Positions 13,478-27,501 of a stretch of DNA of 64,000 bases are shown piece by piece. Both the position numbers and the translations under genes were made by a program. Position 1 is the stretch's first letter. Each line of letters begins with the position of its first letter. The stretch lies in the NCBI RefSeq assembly GCF_000150275.1, contig NW_002060954.1, positions 868,001 through 932,000 on the forward strand, written 5' to 3'. The stretch is from Trichoplax adhaerens (Eukaryota > Animalia > Placozoa). Below the pieces are notes generated by a model. That model was given only the letters and a program-made list of their open reading frames with translations, had not been told where the DNA came from and made no database searches.

Positions 13478-16400
13478 TTAATAAATTCTAGATCCGTAAC
13501 CGAATGTATCTTTCATACTTTGCCAGTAATACCTTTTCCATCCCTCTCTTGTTCGATCGATATCGGTTGCTGGTATACCTGATTGAACCAAATTTAATTT
13601 TGTACAATCGTCTTCCTGAGTAATGCTAATAGTAACTTTAGAGAAATGTCCTAAAACAGCCAAAAAATAAGACATGTAAATCGCTCAATAACTTCATGTA
13701 TACAATTACTAAAATTAGCCAGACATTGCTTTTATCTTGATATTCGTTGTATAGAAGTAAGGCTTTACTTACCTTCAGGCCAAGACTTAAAACGCCATGT
13801 CTGTACAATTTTCGAATGAGGAGTCTAATTAACAAAATAATGAATGTATATCATCAGGACAAATAAAAAATTTTCCGAGAACAGGAGCATTTTCAAGTTA
13901 TTGATCCGTTATGTCATAAGACACATGTATATATAATAATACTGAAACAAAAAACTGTACCAGTTCTAGGAATTTGCCAGTTATATTTCCATCTAGTAGA
14001 GAAAATGTACCACCTTCCTTAGAATCAACCATTGACTCACTGCGCATAAAGGCGGAAACTCTCTAAAATATCCCAAATGCACAATGCATGAACATACAGG
14101 CCGAAAAACTAACGCAAAATATCAAGACTTCTTATGCAATTTAACAGCAATTTAGATGAAATTGCAGCTCCTACTTGTTCAGTTATTAGGGTCATAAATA
14201 ATTCTTCCGCAGTTGTTTTAAATTCATCCTTCATTGTTAATTTCATTGTGTCAATCTTATCTTTGGATGAACTCGTATCGCTTCCAGTTGATGTACTATC
14301 CTTAGGCTAAAAACAAAAATTTGATATGTTTAAGGTCTGCAATAGCCATGAACTATCTTGCAAATTAAAAGGTATCTTTAATAGGAAAATTTTTTAAGCT
14401 AAAAATTAAACATGTATAAGTAGTACCTTCGATGAGGTCTTATTTGATGAACTTGCAGAAGATGGCTTATGAGATGGACTAGTCTTGCTAGAAGAGCCAG
14501 ATTTTCCAGACGTTGGAAGTATTAGTCCTCGAGAGAATTCTATAGGAATATTACGCAATATAAGTAAATTTTTCTCGAATGATATACATAAGTAACATAG
14601 AAATGATATATGAATAACCTTCTTTCAGCTTTTTAATGTATTCACGAATTTTTTCTCTTATCATCACGATTCCATATTTCTCTACGATGTTTCGTAGTGT
14701 CTTGGATGCCTCGTCTCTTGTTTGGGTGGTTACCGTTATCTATTCGTTGTTAATTAAGCACAAAATTACTCAAAATTTCTTTTATTCTTGAAGCAAATAT
14801 GTTTGTTATAAACTTACGGTACTATACGAATTAGAGTAGATTTTAGGCTAAAGTTTATAAACATTAATTAACCAAACAATAAAATATCAAGTTATTGTAA
14901 ACTAACATCAATTTCGTCTACGTCGTACTCTTCACCAAAATTGTCGATGGAAATTTTTCCATTAATTTCATCGTCATCATCTTTAAGTTTTCCTAGTAGT
15001 ATAACGAGAATATGAATTTAGAACATTAATGATACTGTACATCGAATAGCACTGGTAGGATACTGCAAAATTATTTACACTCCATTGTTGGTCTATCTTT
15101 AGTTTCGAATTTTAGTAGTAGAGTACGCGTATATCAACAATACGAATTTAGCACCTTGATGATATATTAGATAACGCAGGTAAATAATATGATAGTATTT
15201 GTATTCCATTATTAATCGGTCTTTAGTTTCGAATAATAAACGCTATAGTATCAGACATAATTGTAAGTTATACTATAAGTAGGAAAAACTAAAATTGAGA
15301 AATTATGAATTGTTCCAATATTAAAAATAATTTATTCAAAATAACTTATTTTCTCCAATAAGTCCAAAATGCTAAAAATTTTAAAGTTGGTAACTATAGT
15401 AATATAATTTTCGAGCTCTATAGCTGAAACATGATTTTGGTGGATGAAAATTAATGAATGCTATTAGTACATGAGATAGAAATCTCTCTGTGAGCGTTAA
15501 AAGTGTACCTAATGACAGTTGAATAAGGATTACTGCTCTAGATACAGATACATACAATCAATTCCTAATTCTTAATAAGTTTATAGGCCAATATTTATTT
15601 CTCCAAGAATACCAGTATTTAAATGTAAAAATATACAGTATATATGCTTTTTAATATATGGGCACCAGAGTCACAGTTTTAATATAAAAGTATTACCTTT
15701 CCATTCGATTTTCAATTGCCAATCATAGAGAGTAATAAGTTTTGCTTTACGGTTACTAGTTTGCGAATACAACGTAATAAATACGAATTAATTAACGGTA
15801 AAAACATTATGCGTATCAATTAATAAAGAAAGCAAGAAGAGAGAGACTTGCATTACACTTGCTTACCTAACGGTAGCATCGCCATCAGCACTGAGAATCT
15901 TCGTCGTAATACAGTTACCTAATCACGTGAAAAATACGTCCAATTTTAAAATGAATGTAAATAAATTACAATCGAGGATGAATTATGAATATGCACAAAG
16001 TCAAAAGATAATTATTTTACAACACTGCATGGTAACATAGTAAATTCTACGATATGCATAGTTATGTGAGACTACTGCAGCTTAAAGCAAAGCTAGAATA
16101 GCTGCTGAATTTCGATGATGATGTGGTACTATATAACATATATATATATTTAATCAGCATTACCTTCTACGGTTTCAAATTTTAAGTCTAAAAATAGTTC
16201 CTCAAATATTCCTTTTGACCATTTAGAGGCATCTTTCTCACTCCTATTTATACATAAGATCATTTCAATATATATATATATAATCAGAAACGTGTTATTT
16301 TATTCACTTTATCTGACGAAAGTACATTAAGTTCGTATGGATCATTACTACAGTTAACAGCATGCCATGCGTGAAAGGTATTGTATTTTTTTTTTATTTT

Positions 16401-16970
16401 TGATACTAGAGATCTAGATCTAGATACACTGCTTTTCAGAACTAGCTGCACACACGTAGGGGATAAGTAGATAAAATTTTTCACTCCGCTACCTGCATTA
16501 CGTATACAATATTTTCTAAGATAAGATAAATTAACGACTTCGGAAGTTAGTATTGAATGGAAATGCATTAACGAGATGCACGCTATACTGTATTGTACAC
16601 TAGTGTACAGTGTACTGCAGTAACACGGGAATAGGCACCTTACTGTATGCCATCACCACGTACAGTAGTGTACATATTGTAAGTTTGATCAGCCGCGCTA
16701 TCCGTCTCACAGATATCATTAATGAATACAATAATAATAAGTAATATATTTAAGCGATACACGATTGTAGTCGGCAGAATTGACATCATTTTCATCGCAA
16801 CTAACTCATGATAATATTCGACTAAGTTAAAAGTAGCTTGGAAACGACGTGAGCTGGGATTGCAGAATTCGTGTAGTAATCAATTCTTACCAATGCCAGT
16901 TGTTCACATTAGTTGCATCATCTCTTTCTTCAACTATCCACCTCGGATCACCCTGTCCCCACTTCGCCAT
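13478..16970 (-). CDS. AHSA1: Activator of HSP90 ATPase 1 (Aha1)
   Basis: Starts MAKWGQGDPRWIVEERDDATNVNNWHW; TVSNRKAKLITLYDW; ends TREGWKRYYWQSMKDTFGYGSRIY. Confidence 0.96.
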
Positions 16971-17159
16971 GCCTTATCTTTTAGGTTTTTCTATGTTAAT
17001 ATATGTTTATCGTCAAACTTAGGACCTGATCTACTCAAGCCACAGTATGTGAGATAAAAGTTTGAGAAATTTACTATCAATGGCAATGTGATTCAAAGTG
17101 TTGAACAGGGTCACTTAACGACCAAGATTGTGTGTGATCACCTAAGGAGTCCGTGACAA

Positions 17160-17280
17160 TTATAGTACATTGCATCGTACTGTACGCCTTACGTGTAACA
17201 GTACACAATAAAGAACTGTACAGTACAGAAGTCTACTGTACAGACTTTGTTTTGTAGAGTACTTTACACTGTGCAGAATT
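17160..17280. promoter_or_regulatory. GTAC array in the AHSA1/COX7A head-to-head interval (satellite patches also at 16585-16680 and 17825-17940 in the first introns)
   Basis: gtactgtac, actgtacagtacag, tactgtacag; lies between divergent starts at 16970 and 17540. Confidence 0.5.
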
Positions 17281-17539
17281 CTAGAACTATCTATCATTGA
17301 TCCTCGTTACTTGGCGTCCATACGTCCGTTAGTCCATAACATCGACAGCCGACAGGCTGCGTCGTCCAGTCCACTCGGATTGTAACGTATTTTATTGAAT
17401 TAATTAATAAGTTGATTTTATATTTTCCTAGCCTAGAGACAGGCTAGAGTACAGTACACGAACGTTCTAAATTAAAGGAACTAGGAAATCTTAGTACTCA
17501 GAAGATTTGGAATCGTAGCTTGCATACGTGTTTCTGACT

Positions 17540-18820
17540 ATGGATTCTGTTAAGCAAAGCTATAAGCAACAAATCGCTTTGGATGGATACAAAGCCGAGG
17601 GTGGTTTCCTAAGCTCTTGGGTTTTTCGAAAAAATAACACGAGACGTTTTCAGCGAGTATTTCAGGTTAGTGATGCTGATCACAGTACTGTATTAGCAAA
17701 ACTGTTATTTAAACATCTTTGCACGATAAGGTAGCGTGGCTTATTACCTGAGCTTTTCATAAATTCATTTAATTCACGGTAACTTTACCTTTTAAATACT
17801 CTATTGCATTAGCACTAGCACACGCACGTACTGTACACTCGTACAATAACAGTATGTTGTGGTCAAAACCCGAATTTGGCCAATCGGGTTTTGACCACAA
17901 CTTCTACAAATAACAGTATACGTACTTTACTGTACAGTCTGTAATATGTAAATACGTTTTTGTAGTTCGTCTTATGAGATAACTTGTTGGATAATGCTCT
18001 GTGTGTACGTTTAGGCTTTTAGTATCGACCACATAACATGACTTCGGATTACGTAAATATAAAACCATCAGTATAATCGAAGTGTTTATTCTTGTAACTA
18101 GCAACATCCAGAATTGCCGGTATATTTAAAAGGAAAAAATGACCGCTTGGTGTTCAGGTATGATAAAAGTGCTCATCACAACAAATTTTTGCTGTGCTGA
18201 AGCTATATCAGTAGATAAAGTCCAAGATATATTTTTACCGCTTATTTGATCTGGATTTTCCAATTATACACGGGAAATCTTACTTTACCCGTACAGTTAA
18301 TATAACTTAATAACAGATTGACAGTACAGTATCGTAGATCTCTCGTCGATATTGTATTTATTGTGCAATGTGCATGTCAATAACCCAGGAATAAGAAATA
18401 CTGATACTTTTGATCTTCGATAAATGATTTACATCAAGCTACTATTAACGCGCAACATAGCAAGTAAGCGGGCTACTAGTTATTGTGCTGTGTATATGCT
18501 GTAAGTACACCGCGTATTTCTAATGGTACTGAAAGGAGTTACAGCGTTAGTATACACATAACAAATTTGTAATGCATTTACGAAGTGTAGTCTCAATCAG
18601 AGTCCGCAATGATGCATTAACCAGTGCATCACGGTTATACACTAAGCATTCATTCCTACTTTGTATCAGAATATTTTTACGCAATATATAATGATGTCCA
18701 ATATTTCTATTCCTATAATCTAGAGGTATCTTAGGATTTGCAATACTCGCCGGATGTTTGAGCTTGTTTAACATTTATGGCCTGGCAACTAAAAAATTCT
18801 CTGATAAACGAAATGCATAA
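17540..18820 (+). CDS. COX7A: Cytochrome c oxidase subunit 7A family; exons 17540-17665, 18102-18157, 18724-18820
   Basis: Spliced product ...FRKNNTRRFQRVFQ|QHPELPVYLKGKNDRLVFR|GILGFAILAGCLSLFNIYGLATKKFSDKRNA*; matches the COX7A pattern KNK-x3-KQKLFQ...P(L/V)YLKG plus one TM helix; splice phases 0 and 2 are consistent. Confidence 0.85.
17856..17901. repeat. Perfect 18-bp-stem hairpin in COX7A intron 1, flanked by an 11-bp direct repeat
   Basis: GTTGTGGTCAAAACCCGA atttggccaa TCGGGTTTTGACCACAAC; AATAACAGTAT at 17845-17855 and 17909-17919. Confidence 0.85.
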
Positions 18821-19863
18821 CGATCAAGTTATAAAGCGATTATTATAAAAAGATAGCAGATTAGACTATGAAAGCAGAATCCGCTTAACTATAACACTAG
18901 AATAATTGAGTTGTACGAACGTATTATATTGTCTACTCAATTATTATATTAAAATTCTTATATTTTTAATTTGATTTATGCTTTATTTCGGCACTGCTTT
19001 CTATGCAAGTGAGATACGGCTTCTTGTGTTTTTTATCATGATATAAAACTTGATGTGCGTGTGAAAGTAAAATTCTTGCTTTGATACTGTATGCAAATGT
19101 CTTTCGTAGATTAGCATCACCCAAATTTTGGTATTCAAAGGAAGATAGTAACTCAGCAACAATTGTCTACGGGTATACGCGTATGTGCGGAGTGAGTGAG
19201 TGACTTCTCATATTGTAATGGGTCATACCTGGTTCCATTATTTCAGTGATAAAAATTTTCGTGGGTAATTATAGCACTTGTACTTCAGTGATTAGATATT
19301 TAGTACAGCAGTGCTAGTAGAAATCTGTATGTAAAATGTGACGAAATACCATAAGTTGTGAGAGTTTACGCACCGATTGAATCTTAGCAGACTTAACTAT
19401 CATTCCTAAAATTGAAGCGAGTGTGACGTAAGCCGCAGGTATGATATGTAAATATCAAATGGGAATGGGTTATAGAATGATACGTTAATAGTACAGTAAA
19501 TAATCATGAACAGATCTGTTTACAAGAAGTTAAAACCTAGTTCTAGATCAACGAGAAGTTATCTTGGTTTAATGTACTTCAAAGCTTGTATACAGTCTAC
19601 AATCCTTTTCGATAGTTCTTAAATTATTATAATAAAAGGATATCAAGTAATAAGAACACTGTCCATATGATAGACAACAAAGTTTACGTTGATACCGAAT
19701 AGAAAATCACAAATTCTACGAAACTTTACATAAAAATGAACATATCCCACAATATATTTACGTATATGCAAATATTTTAGAAACAATTGAACGAAAAGGA
19801 ACAGATTCTACAATTGATATGTCAATACAGTAATCTTTAGACAAAGATCACAACTATAACAAT

Positions 19864-22800
19864 TTATAGAAGTTTCTTCGCTTTTTCATACAGAGCGTCT
19901 ACCACCTTGCCCATATTGCTAATCGTTTCTAAAGCAGCTTCAAAGGACTGATCTACTTGTGGTTCTTCGTAAATTGTTAAAACTCCGCAGCTTTGATCCA
20001 TTATGCCTAATTAAAAAAATTCTCATCATAAGTACTTCAACAAACGAAAGGATGCAACGCAAAATAATCAGACCGTAAAATTTCTTGTCTAAAATCATTT
20101 GGGATAACTTCCGCTCGACAACATTCTAATTAAATGAAATATACATGTATCAATGATAGATATTTTAATCCTATAATCTCCAAGAATTACAACTTAGAAA
20201 TAAACAATACCAGAGATAATTTGATAATTGAGGCTACATGTTCGACCTATTAATTGAAATAAACAATAAATTTCTACGTTTACGATTGTTATAACTCCAT
20301 AAGAATACCACAATCCGAAGCTCTGCTAAAAATCAGGTCCAGCAGGGATACGTACCTCAACTCTTGAATAAGGTTCGATAATACGTAATAAATTTTGCTC
20401 CAACAAATTGTCATAAAGGGCATCAAGGTGAGACTATACAAATAACGAAACGGTTATTAGATCTAGACTGGTCGCAATTAAGTTTGTAGTTATATACAGT
20501 AGTACAAACCTGAATTATGGGATCTTCAGTAAGTTCCTGTTTATATTTTTTAGTAGCCTACGGTATCAATACATAAAGACGTGAACATTACAGGTATAAT
20601 TTTAAACGAATCAGACACACTATGTAAACATACGAACCTCTTCAAGCTCTGAAAGGGATCTATTATGACCTGCCGTGGCAATGCTTTTCATGGCCTCAAG
20701 CTAGACAGTATATAACATTTTCAATAAAATCATAAATTTCGATAGATAACAGTGATGATAGCAAATTTTTTGCGTCATACCTCAACGCCGGCATAGCGAA
20801 GAGCCAATTTTCCACTAATAATTGACTTAACATCATCCGGACTAGCATTAAATTGCGTTTCAGAATTAGTTGAGATATACAATCAATATCTTACAGACGA
20901 CGAAGCAAGTTACCTATTGACCATAATTTTACATAACAGCATATATTTGAGAGCCAATTTTGCAGTTGAATCATCGATAGAATCATAACCCTAAAATCGT
21001 TGCAAGGTTGAAGAGGTTTAAGTCGTGTAAAATGTATGCATATTATTAACAAATGATTAATTAATTCACAATAAAGAAAACGAACTTGATAATTGATTAA
21101 TAGTCGAAGCTGTCTCCGTATATTTTATTATGCTGTTCATATTGCAATAAACTAGTAGGTTATTATGCAATAATGGTTACTTTTCTGAGTAAAGTTCATA
21201 CCTCGAAAGCTTCATAAAAATAAGAAAATGATGTTTTAAAATCTTTTTCTTCAGCATGCAGAATACCGGACTGCAAATCTAAAGAAGCCTACATTTGAGA
21301 TAATGAAAAACGATTTAAAACGTATGAATCAGCCAGGCAAACAAATCGCTTACAAAAAAATTGCAGTTTACTTGTAATTTTGGAGGGCAGTAAATGGTAT
21401 TAGCCGTCGTCCTAGCTGCAGTCAGAGCAGCTCGAGCTTTAGGGATATTTTTAACAGCATGGTATACCTTACTTTCGATAAGTTGAACCTAAATAATTAT
21501 TTAGTATAGCTCAATGTCAAGAGTATGCATATAGGCTAAAGGCGTAGTAAGTATTAGGGTTAATAACCTCTACAAGCAATTCTTTATCGTCTAGTTTTTT
21601 CAGTTCTTTGAGCAGCTTAGAACCTTGTTAATGTAACGAATGAATAAAATTTCAATTCTGTAACTTTATGACATAGAAATTAATCATACATACTTAGAGA
21701 CAGAGATTCTACGTAATTAGAATTCTCATAGTATAATCCAATCAGGCGTGACTAATAATTAATAAAACAAGATTCATGAGTTATTGGTTTAATTATTAAT
21801 TTGAAACAAAACTTTCTGGATATAAGAGTTTTAGGAATAAAATTAAAATATAAAACAGACATAATCTTAAATTTCGAAATTCAACCTCTAGTGCTTGGCG
21901 TAGATAAGATCTTTTCTCATTTTTTGCCCACTCGATACAATCAAGACATAGCTGAATCTATCAATTAACCAATTTAATAGATGAATTATTAAAAAATTCA
22001 CTATTTGCCACTTATACACAAAGGGAATATAAATTTACTCTCTGGTTAATATTTAGGCGCTACATTACCTCAGCTGTGGTTGATGCTTTTATTGATAGGA
22101 ATAGATCCACAAGTTCTTTGACTAATCTAGCAGCTTTGGCTTTGGATACAACACTCAGAAAAGGTCGAGTAGCAGTAATTAGATCAGCCAGACCTAAACC
22201 AATGCAATTATAACATTGTTACAATAGCCGTAGTTACAGACTTCACCGTAGTGCATTGGCAATTTCGATATTTGCTATATTTAAATATTCACATTAAGCA
22301 ATGAATAGGCATAGGCCATTTAGTACTTGATTCAGATTCTCAAATAAGGCGTTTCACCTCGATAATATGAATTTTTTAATACTAATTCTCGAGTCCGGAA
22401 TCATAAACTTCAGTTAGAGACTTGTGACAATATTAGCGGATTTATAATTTTCATAATTATGGTTTTATGCGTAGTACTTCCAAGTATCAGCTCACAAATG
22501 CAAATTGAAATCAACCGATTATGCAGTAAACTGCGGAAGTAATGCATACAGCATTCAAACGATAATTCGTAAAGTATGTGGACTGCTATGGAAATTCACT
22601 TTTACGATCAAGTTCGAAAGTTTAGCTATCAAAATGTCCAATATTTACGTATAGATTATGAGTGACTAGTGCATTACTCAATTTGATGTTACTTCAGTAA
22701 GTACCTTGTGATTGCTTGCGTTTAGCCAATAAAGATCCGAGCGCCAAGACTGATTTCTCTTTCAATTTGATGCCATTCTCATCACCCACACGAATATCAC

Positions 22801-23297
22801 GTTGTACTATATACGCGTTAATAATGGAAAGTTACATGTCATACAGTGCCGCTAACTAATCAGATCTAGTAATATTATAATTGTAAGTAATTTAATAGCT
22901 GAGTCCTGTAAGAATATGGATTAGGTACTGCGCTACAGTACTACAATAGCATCCTTTTACAGTTAGTTAACAAATAACATCAGTAACAATTCAGTATACT
23001 GCAGTAATGACATCAGTCGCTTTTTGCAATCAACACTCTAGCAGTTATACTACTGCAATAGCACAGAATATGTTGGCGAACTGGTAATACTATATTATAG
23101 TGATTGCTGAATATCATTGTTAGAATAGTGCCAGCAAGGTCGAAGCAAGTTACGAACACAGTAGACTTTACTGTAATTTTTGAAGAGAAATCCAGCAATA
23201 AAATACCTATTTCACTTAATGTTTTGATCGCTTTATCAGGATCGAGAGTCAGCTCTTTTTCTATCTCATCCCATTCGCTATTCACTTCCATTACCAT
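19864..23297 (-). CDS. PSMD11: 26S proteasome lid subunit Rpn6
   Basis: [95 protein letters not shown]; ends [16 protein letters not shown]. Confidence 0.96.
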
Positions 23298-23389
23298 AAT
23301 TCTAATTCTAATCTTTCACCAAATTTTGACTAAGATTGCGTGCACCGCACTCGTTTTTACGAATGAATTTCTGTTTCCTTTTGTGTGAT

Positions 23390-23855
23390 CTAGTACTGTA
23401 TCGTACTGAACTATAAGTACAGAATGTCCAAATGTCAGTGTGTTGCTAGAGTGACACGTACGAAGGCAAGCGTGCAGTACGTTACATACAGTGCAAGATG
23501 CTTTACAAGTTAATGCAGTGTCATAGTCTCTAAGGCTTTTACGGCTCAGATCGGGTTTAATACAGTACAGTACTTTACAGTGTACAGTGTACAGTACTGT
23601 AGAGACAACGGATGGAGCTGTTCCAGACTTTAGCTGAGATTGCAGTGCTGAGTACTGTACTGTACTGTACAGTACAGTGTACAGTACAGCATTGTACTGT
23701 ACAGTACAGTACAGTACGTCAGTTACAGTGTACAGTACACTGTACAGTACAGTACTGTACAGTACAGAAATTGACTGCCTACCGTACTGTACTGTACACT
23801 GTACGGTATACTGTAGTACTGTACAGTACAGTACTTTATAGTGAGTGACAGTACT
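23390..23855. promoter_or_regulatory. Largest GTAC array, in the PSMD11/TRAPPC6 bidirectional promoter (densest 23560-23835)
   Basis: ~270 bp almost entirely of TACAG/CTGTA units with repeated orientation switches; between divergent ATGs at 23297 and 24010. Confidence 0.7.
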
Positions 23856-24009
23856 TGATGTCAGTCCTGTCACTCTAGTCCTGTGCTGACTGCACTTTGA
23901 TGAGATTAGACCTTTGCGAACTAACGAAGGATAAATATTGGTCACCTTGAGTAATTTGTGAATCGCGATAGTACTAAAAGTGCTTGAAATTTGTAAAATC
24001 TGAGTAAGT

Positions 24010-25372
24010 ATGGCCGATGAGGTTGCTATCGAATTTTTACATATGGAAATAGTCAATTATGCCCAAAAGGAATTATCCGATGATAAAAAGGTCTGTATAC
24101 ATACTGTACATGTTACTTAGCCTTTACTTTTATGGTTAACTTGTCAGTTGAAGTTATTAGACTCGCTACCATAAACTCGTTATTTCATGATTCAAAGCTA
24201 TTCACTACTTCTTAGTACTACACTGTAAAACAGAGACCTTCTCGCTGATATTATCTTTGTATTACCCCTTATTAGAAACCTATTTTGGACTCAATAGGCT
24301 ACCGTGTAGGATACAGCCTAGCTGAAAGGTTCGTGCAATGTTATGTGATTTACTGCATAGATTGATATGTACTGTACTATGCCAATACTGCATTATACAA
24401 GTATGTGCACGATCACCTATTTGTGCATTCAGTAGTACTGATTAACTGTACGCTGCAGGCTATCGAAAGAGACACTACGATTTAAAGATGATATCGACTC
24501 TGTAAAATTCATATGCCGGGAACTGTGGAATTTTATATATAAGAAGCAAGTCGATAATTTACGCACTAATCATTCTGTAAGATTTAAGTTTTATTTTAAT
24601 TACAAATTGATCTGTGATTTGTTCTGAATTATAGTACGTATACAAAATTATACCATATTGATGTGAATTATTGCTAATGTATAGGGAGTTTATGTACTAG
24701 TAGACAATCATTTCCGTTTCATTTCTTCAATGGCTGAAGGACAGCAGTACATAAAGCTAGCTCCAGTGGTAATTATAATAAATTTTAATTATCAATTAAC
24801 AATATTGCTGATTACTTCAACTTACAAATAACTTTACTTTTATTGCGATATTCCATTGATACTAGTACTTATACTATTCATGTGGACTAATAAGAGGAGC
24901 TTTAGAGTGCTTCGGTCTGAAGTGTATGGTTACGGCTGATATTACTTCTGTCCCAGTATGTAAGTACAACGAAAAGTAGATAACAGTCTTGGTGAGACCT
25001 TCAAATGCAATAGTTTATTGATTGTAAACGTGTAGGATGTTATATCAAAGATACATAAACAATTTTACAAATTTACTTTTAAAAAGTAGATAAATGCATC
25101 GATAGCGGAATAAACTAGGGATTGCTACCCCTTTTTAATTAGTCACTAGAATAAACACATATACTGTACACTGTACAGTACATTTCCAAGATATCGTCAT
25201 TCAAATTAATACTTATCAGTATTCGTAAAATACGTGTATATCATAATCTTTTTTAATTGAAATAGTTTGTAAGTTTATTTAGCAAATGACATTGAAAATT
25301 TCTCTTATTAATGCTTATATACTGTATGCTATTACTACAGGTCGTTTTCACATTAAAGTACTGACGCAATGA
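24010..25372 (+). CDS. TRAPPC6: TRAPP complex subunit 6 (Trs33)
   Basis: MADEVAIEFLHMEIV, LDSIGYRVGYSLAERLSKETLRFKDDIDSVKFICRELW, KKQVDNLRTNHS|GVYVLVDNHFRF, YSCGLIRGAL, C-terminal CRFHIKVLTQ*. Confidence 0.95.
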
Positions 25373-27501
25373 AAGAAGAATTATAGGCAGCCGAAAACAA
25401 ACGTTTTGAAATTAAGGTAGACTGAAATTACGCCAGAAGACGCTACTATAATCTCCTCGAACTTACCGGCCTCTTCAATATGCATTCCTTTTTAAGCCAC
25501 CTAGCTATTAAAGTAGCCAAATCATAGATTTAGTAGCTGTATGTCGCGTAAAGTATCAGCTCCTTGTTTTCAGTAGCTATAGTATTATAACTACCGACCT
25601 TTAAGATATAAATTGATGCAGATTTAAGCTCGCTCTACATTGTTAGATTCGCTGTATACATCTAACATAATCACAATCACAATTACTACAGACGTCTTAA
25701 AGATGTGTACTGTATATTCTTGAAAATTGTATTTAAGTCAAGTTCTTTAGTTACTGCGAAGTCACTTTCTTTCTAAAGTGTATTTCGTATTTGTATGCAT
25801 ATATTCACACTGTATTATTAATAAAAGGATTCTTTATGTATTTGTGCTTGCTCTAGACAGCAACGTGATTACATAAATATCTATAACATAAATTTTATGA
25901 ATTAGTTATACAGTTTCACTACGATATTGTCAATGGCCTTGAATGGCGACTTCAATAACAAGCCATATAACAGCTCCTAAATGCTAAAGCGTTATAGTAT
26001 TCAACTTAGATTTTAAACTGGTAGATATAACATTAAAGTGAAATGTATAAGCAATAATAAATATAAATATGTTTTTTAATATCATTTACGAGTAAACATT
26101 TGTTTTTGATACATTTTTCGTTCTTAAAATATACAAATGACTATAAACTGATCTTGCAATTTAGTCGCTGTATCAGTATCATCCATCGTACCTTGATTTC
26201 TGAAATTACTAATGATGGTGTACCACTGTAGACACCTTCATCTGATTCAATGCGAAAATGGTATCGGCTATGCCTAATTTGTATCCGAAATTTTATAGAG
26301 CTGTAATAGTACTAGTAACATAAAATATAACTGCCATCGATTTTTTAAGATAGTTATGGTGAAAATAGATGAAGGTGTCGTTTTAGAGACTTTTCACAGC
26401 GCCGATACGTATCACATATGGTACAGTACTATAACCAATTTTCTATATGATTGATAATAATTATATTACCTCATACAATTTTGCGAAAAAAGTAATGGTA
26501 GTATTTACGATAAATGGTAGCAGACTTTTTCAGCGATATGGCATAACAACTGAACTAATCGATGTCTTAGATATATTTAGAAGGTATGACGAATAAAGCT
26601 AGTGAAAACGTCGTTACATTGAGATCATAATTGTTTTATTAGTAGCACCTGAGGGATACTCGTATACTTACGTAATGAAAAAGGGCAGGATTGGTAATTG
26701 CATTCAAATTTAAAATCAGGTATTGATGATTAATTACCATTAATATATCATCCATCTTTTGATAGAAACTTATTGCACAGGATCTATAAAAATTTGCAGT
26801 GCTAGCGGAATGATAGATTCAAATATTTTACTATTAGAACTAGATTTAATCCTGTCTAACACTATTGCTTAAGCTTACAAACAGTATACCAATACCTGGA
26901 ACCGGAAGCAACGAGATAGAAATATTACTATTGATAGCATGAGTATATCCTTAAAAGCTAGGCATGATGGGGTATCTTGATGCAACAGATCTAATTTCAT
27001 ATAGGACATGACCCCAACCTTAAAAGAGCGATGTAATTGTGAACTCTTATAAAACGTACTACGAAAATTAATTTTCTGAGTAAATGTACCGTTCACACTG
27101 CTGACTAATCAGAAAAAGGGAACAGTAGAAGTGCGAATAATCTTTCAGTTAACCGTATATAGTATTCAGGTACTCAACTACTTCTATTTCAGAGAAAAAT
27201 GATCAAAATTAAGTACTAAGTAAAGCGATTCTTTTAAATACATACACCTATTTGTACAATGCTCTAATAATTTCTAATCAAATCAAACGTTTCAGCATTC
27301 CTGTCGTGGTCATCTTAGTCTAAACTTGGTATAAGCAGTATCGTACGGCAAATAAAAGATCGAACATCAATTGCGTGAAGCTTCACAGTTATTCGCAAGT
27401 TGAGATGGTTAGAGTGACGCTATTACTACTTCAGCTGATACTCTCTAAAATCTAGAAAAAAATCTCATAACCTTAACAATCTAATGGTAAATTCATAAGT
27501 C

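Noticed and set aside
16625-16636. ACGGGAATAGGC shared with 60159-60170
   Set aside because: A single 12-bp match is expected by chance in a 64-kb self-comparison; flanks do not align
23560-23835. Possible CRISPR array or telomere-like repeat
   Set aside because: No constant repeat with unique spacers, no cas genes, eukaryotic context; units invert orientation, unlike telomeric repeats
23316-24056. 246-aa ORF, and similar YSTVLYCTVQ-rich ORFs at 12199, 12402, 23612, 37390, 41546, 41598 and 52131
   Set aside because: Translations of the TACAG/CTGTA arrays, which are poor in stop codons; they lie in promoters and have no protein-like features
26944-26955. ATATCCTT/GTATCCTT motifs as U12-type 5' splice sites (also ~38318 and ~50640)
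   Set aside because: None coincides with an exon boundary of the assembled genes; the junctions I checked were GT-AG
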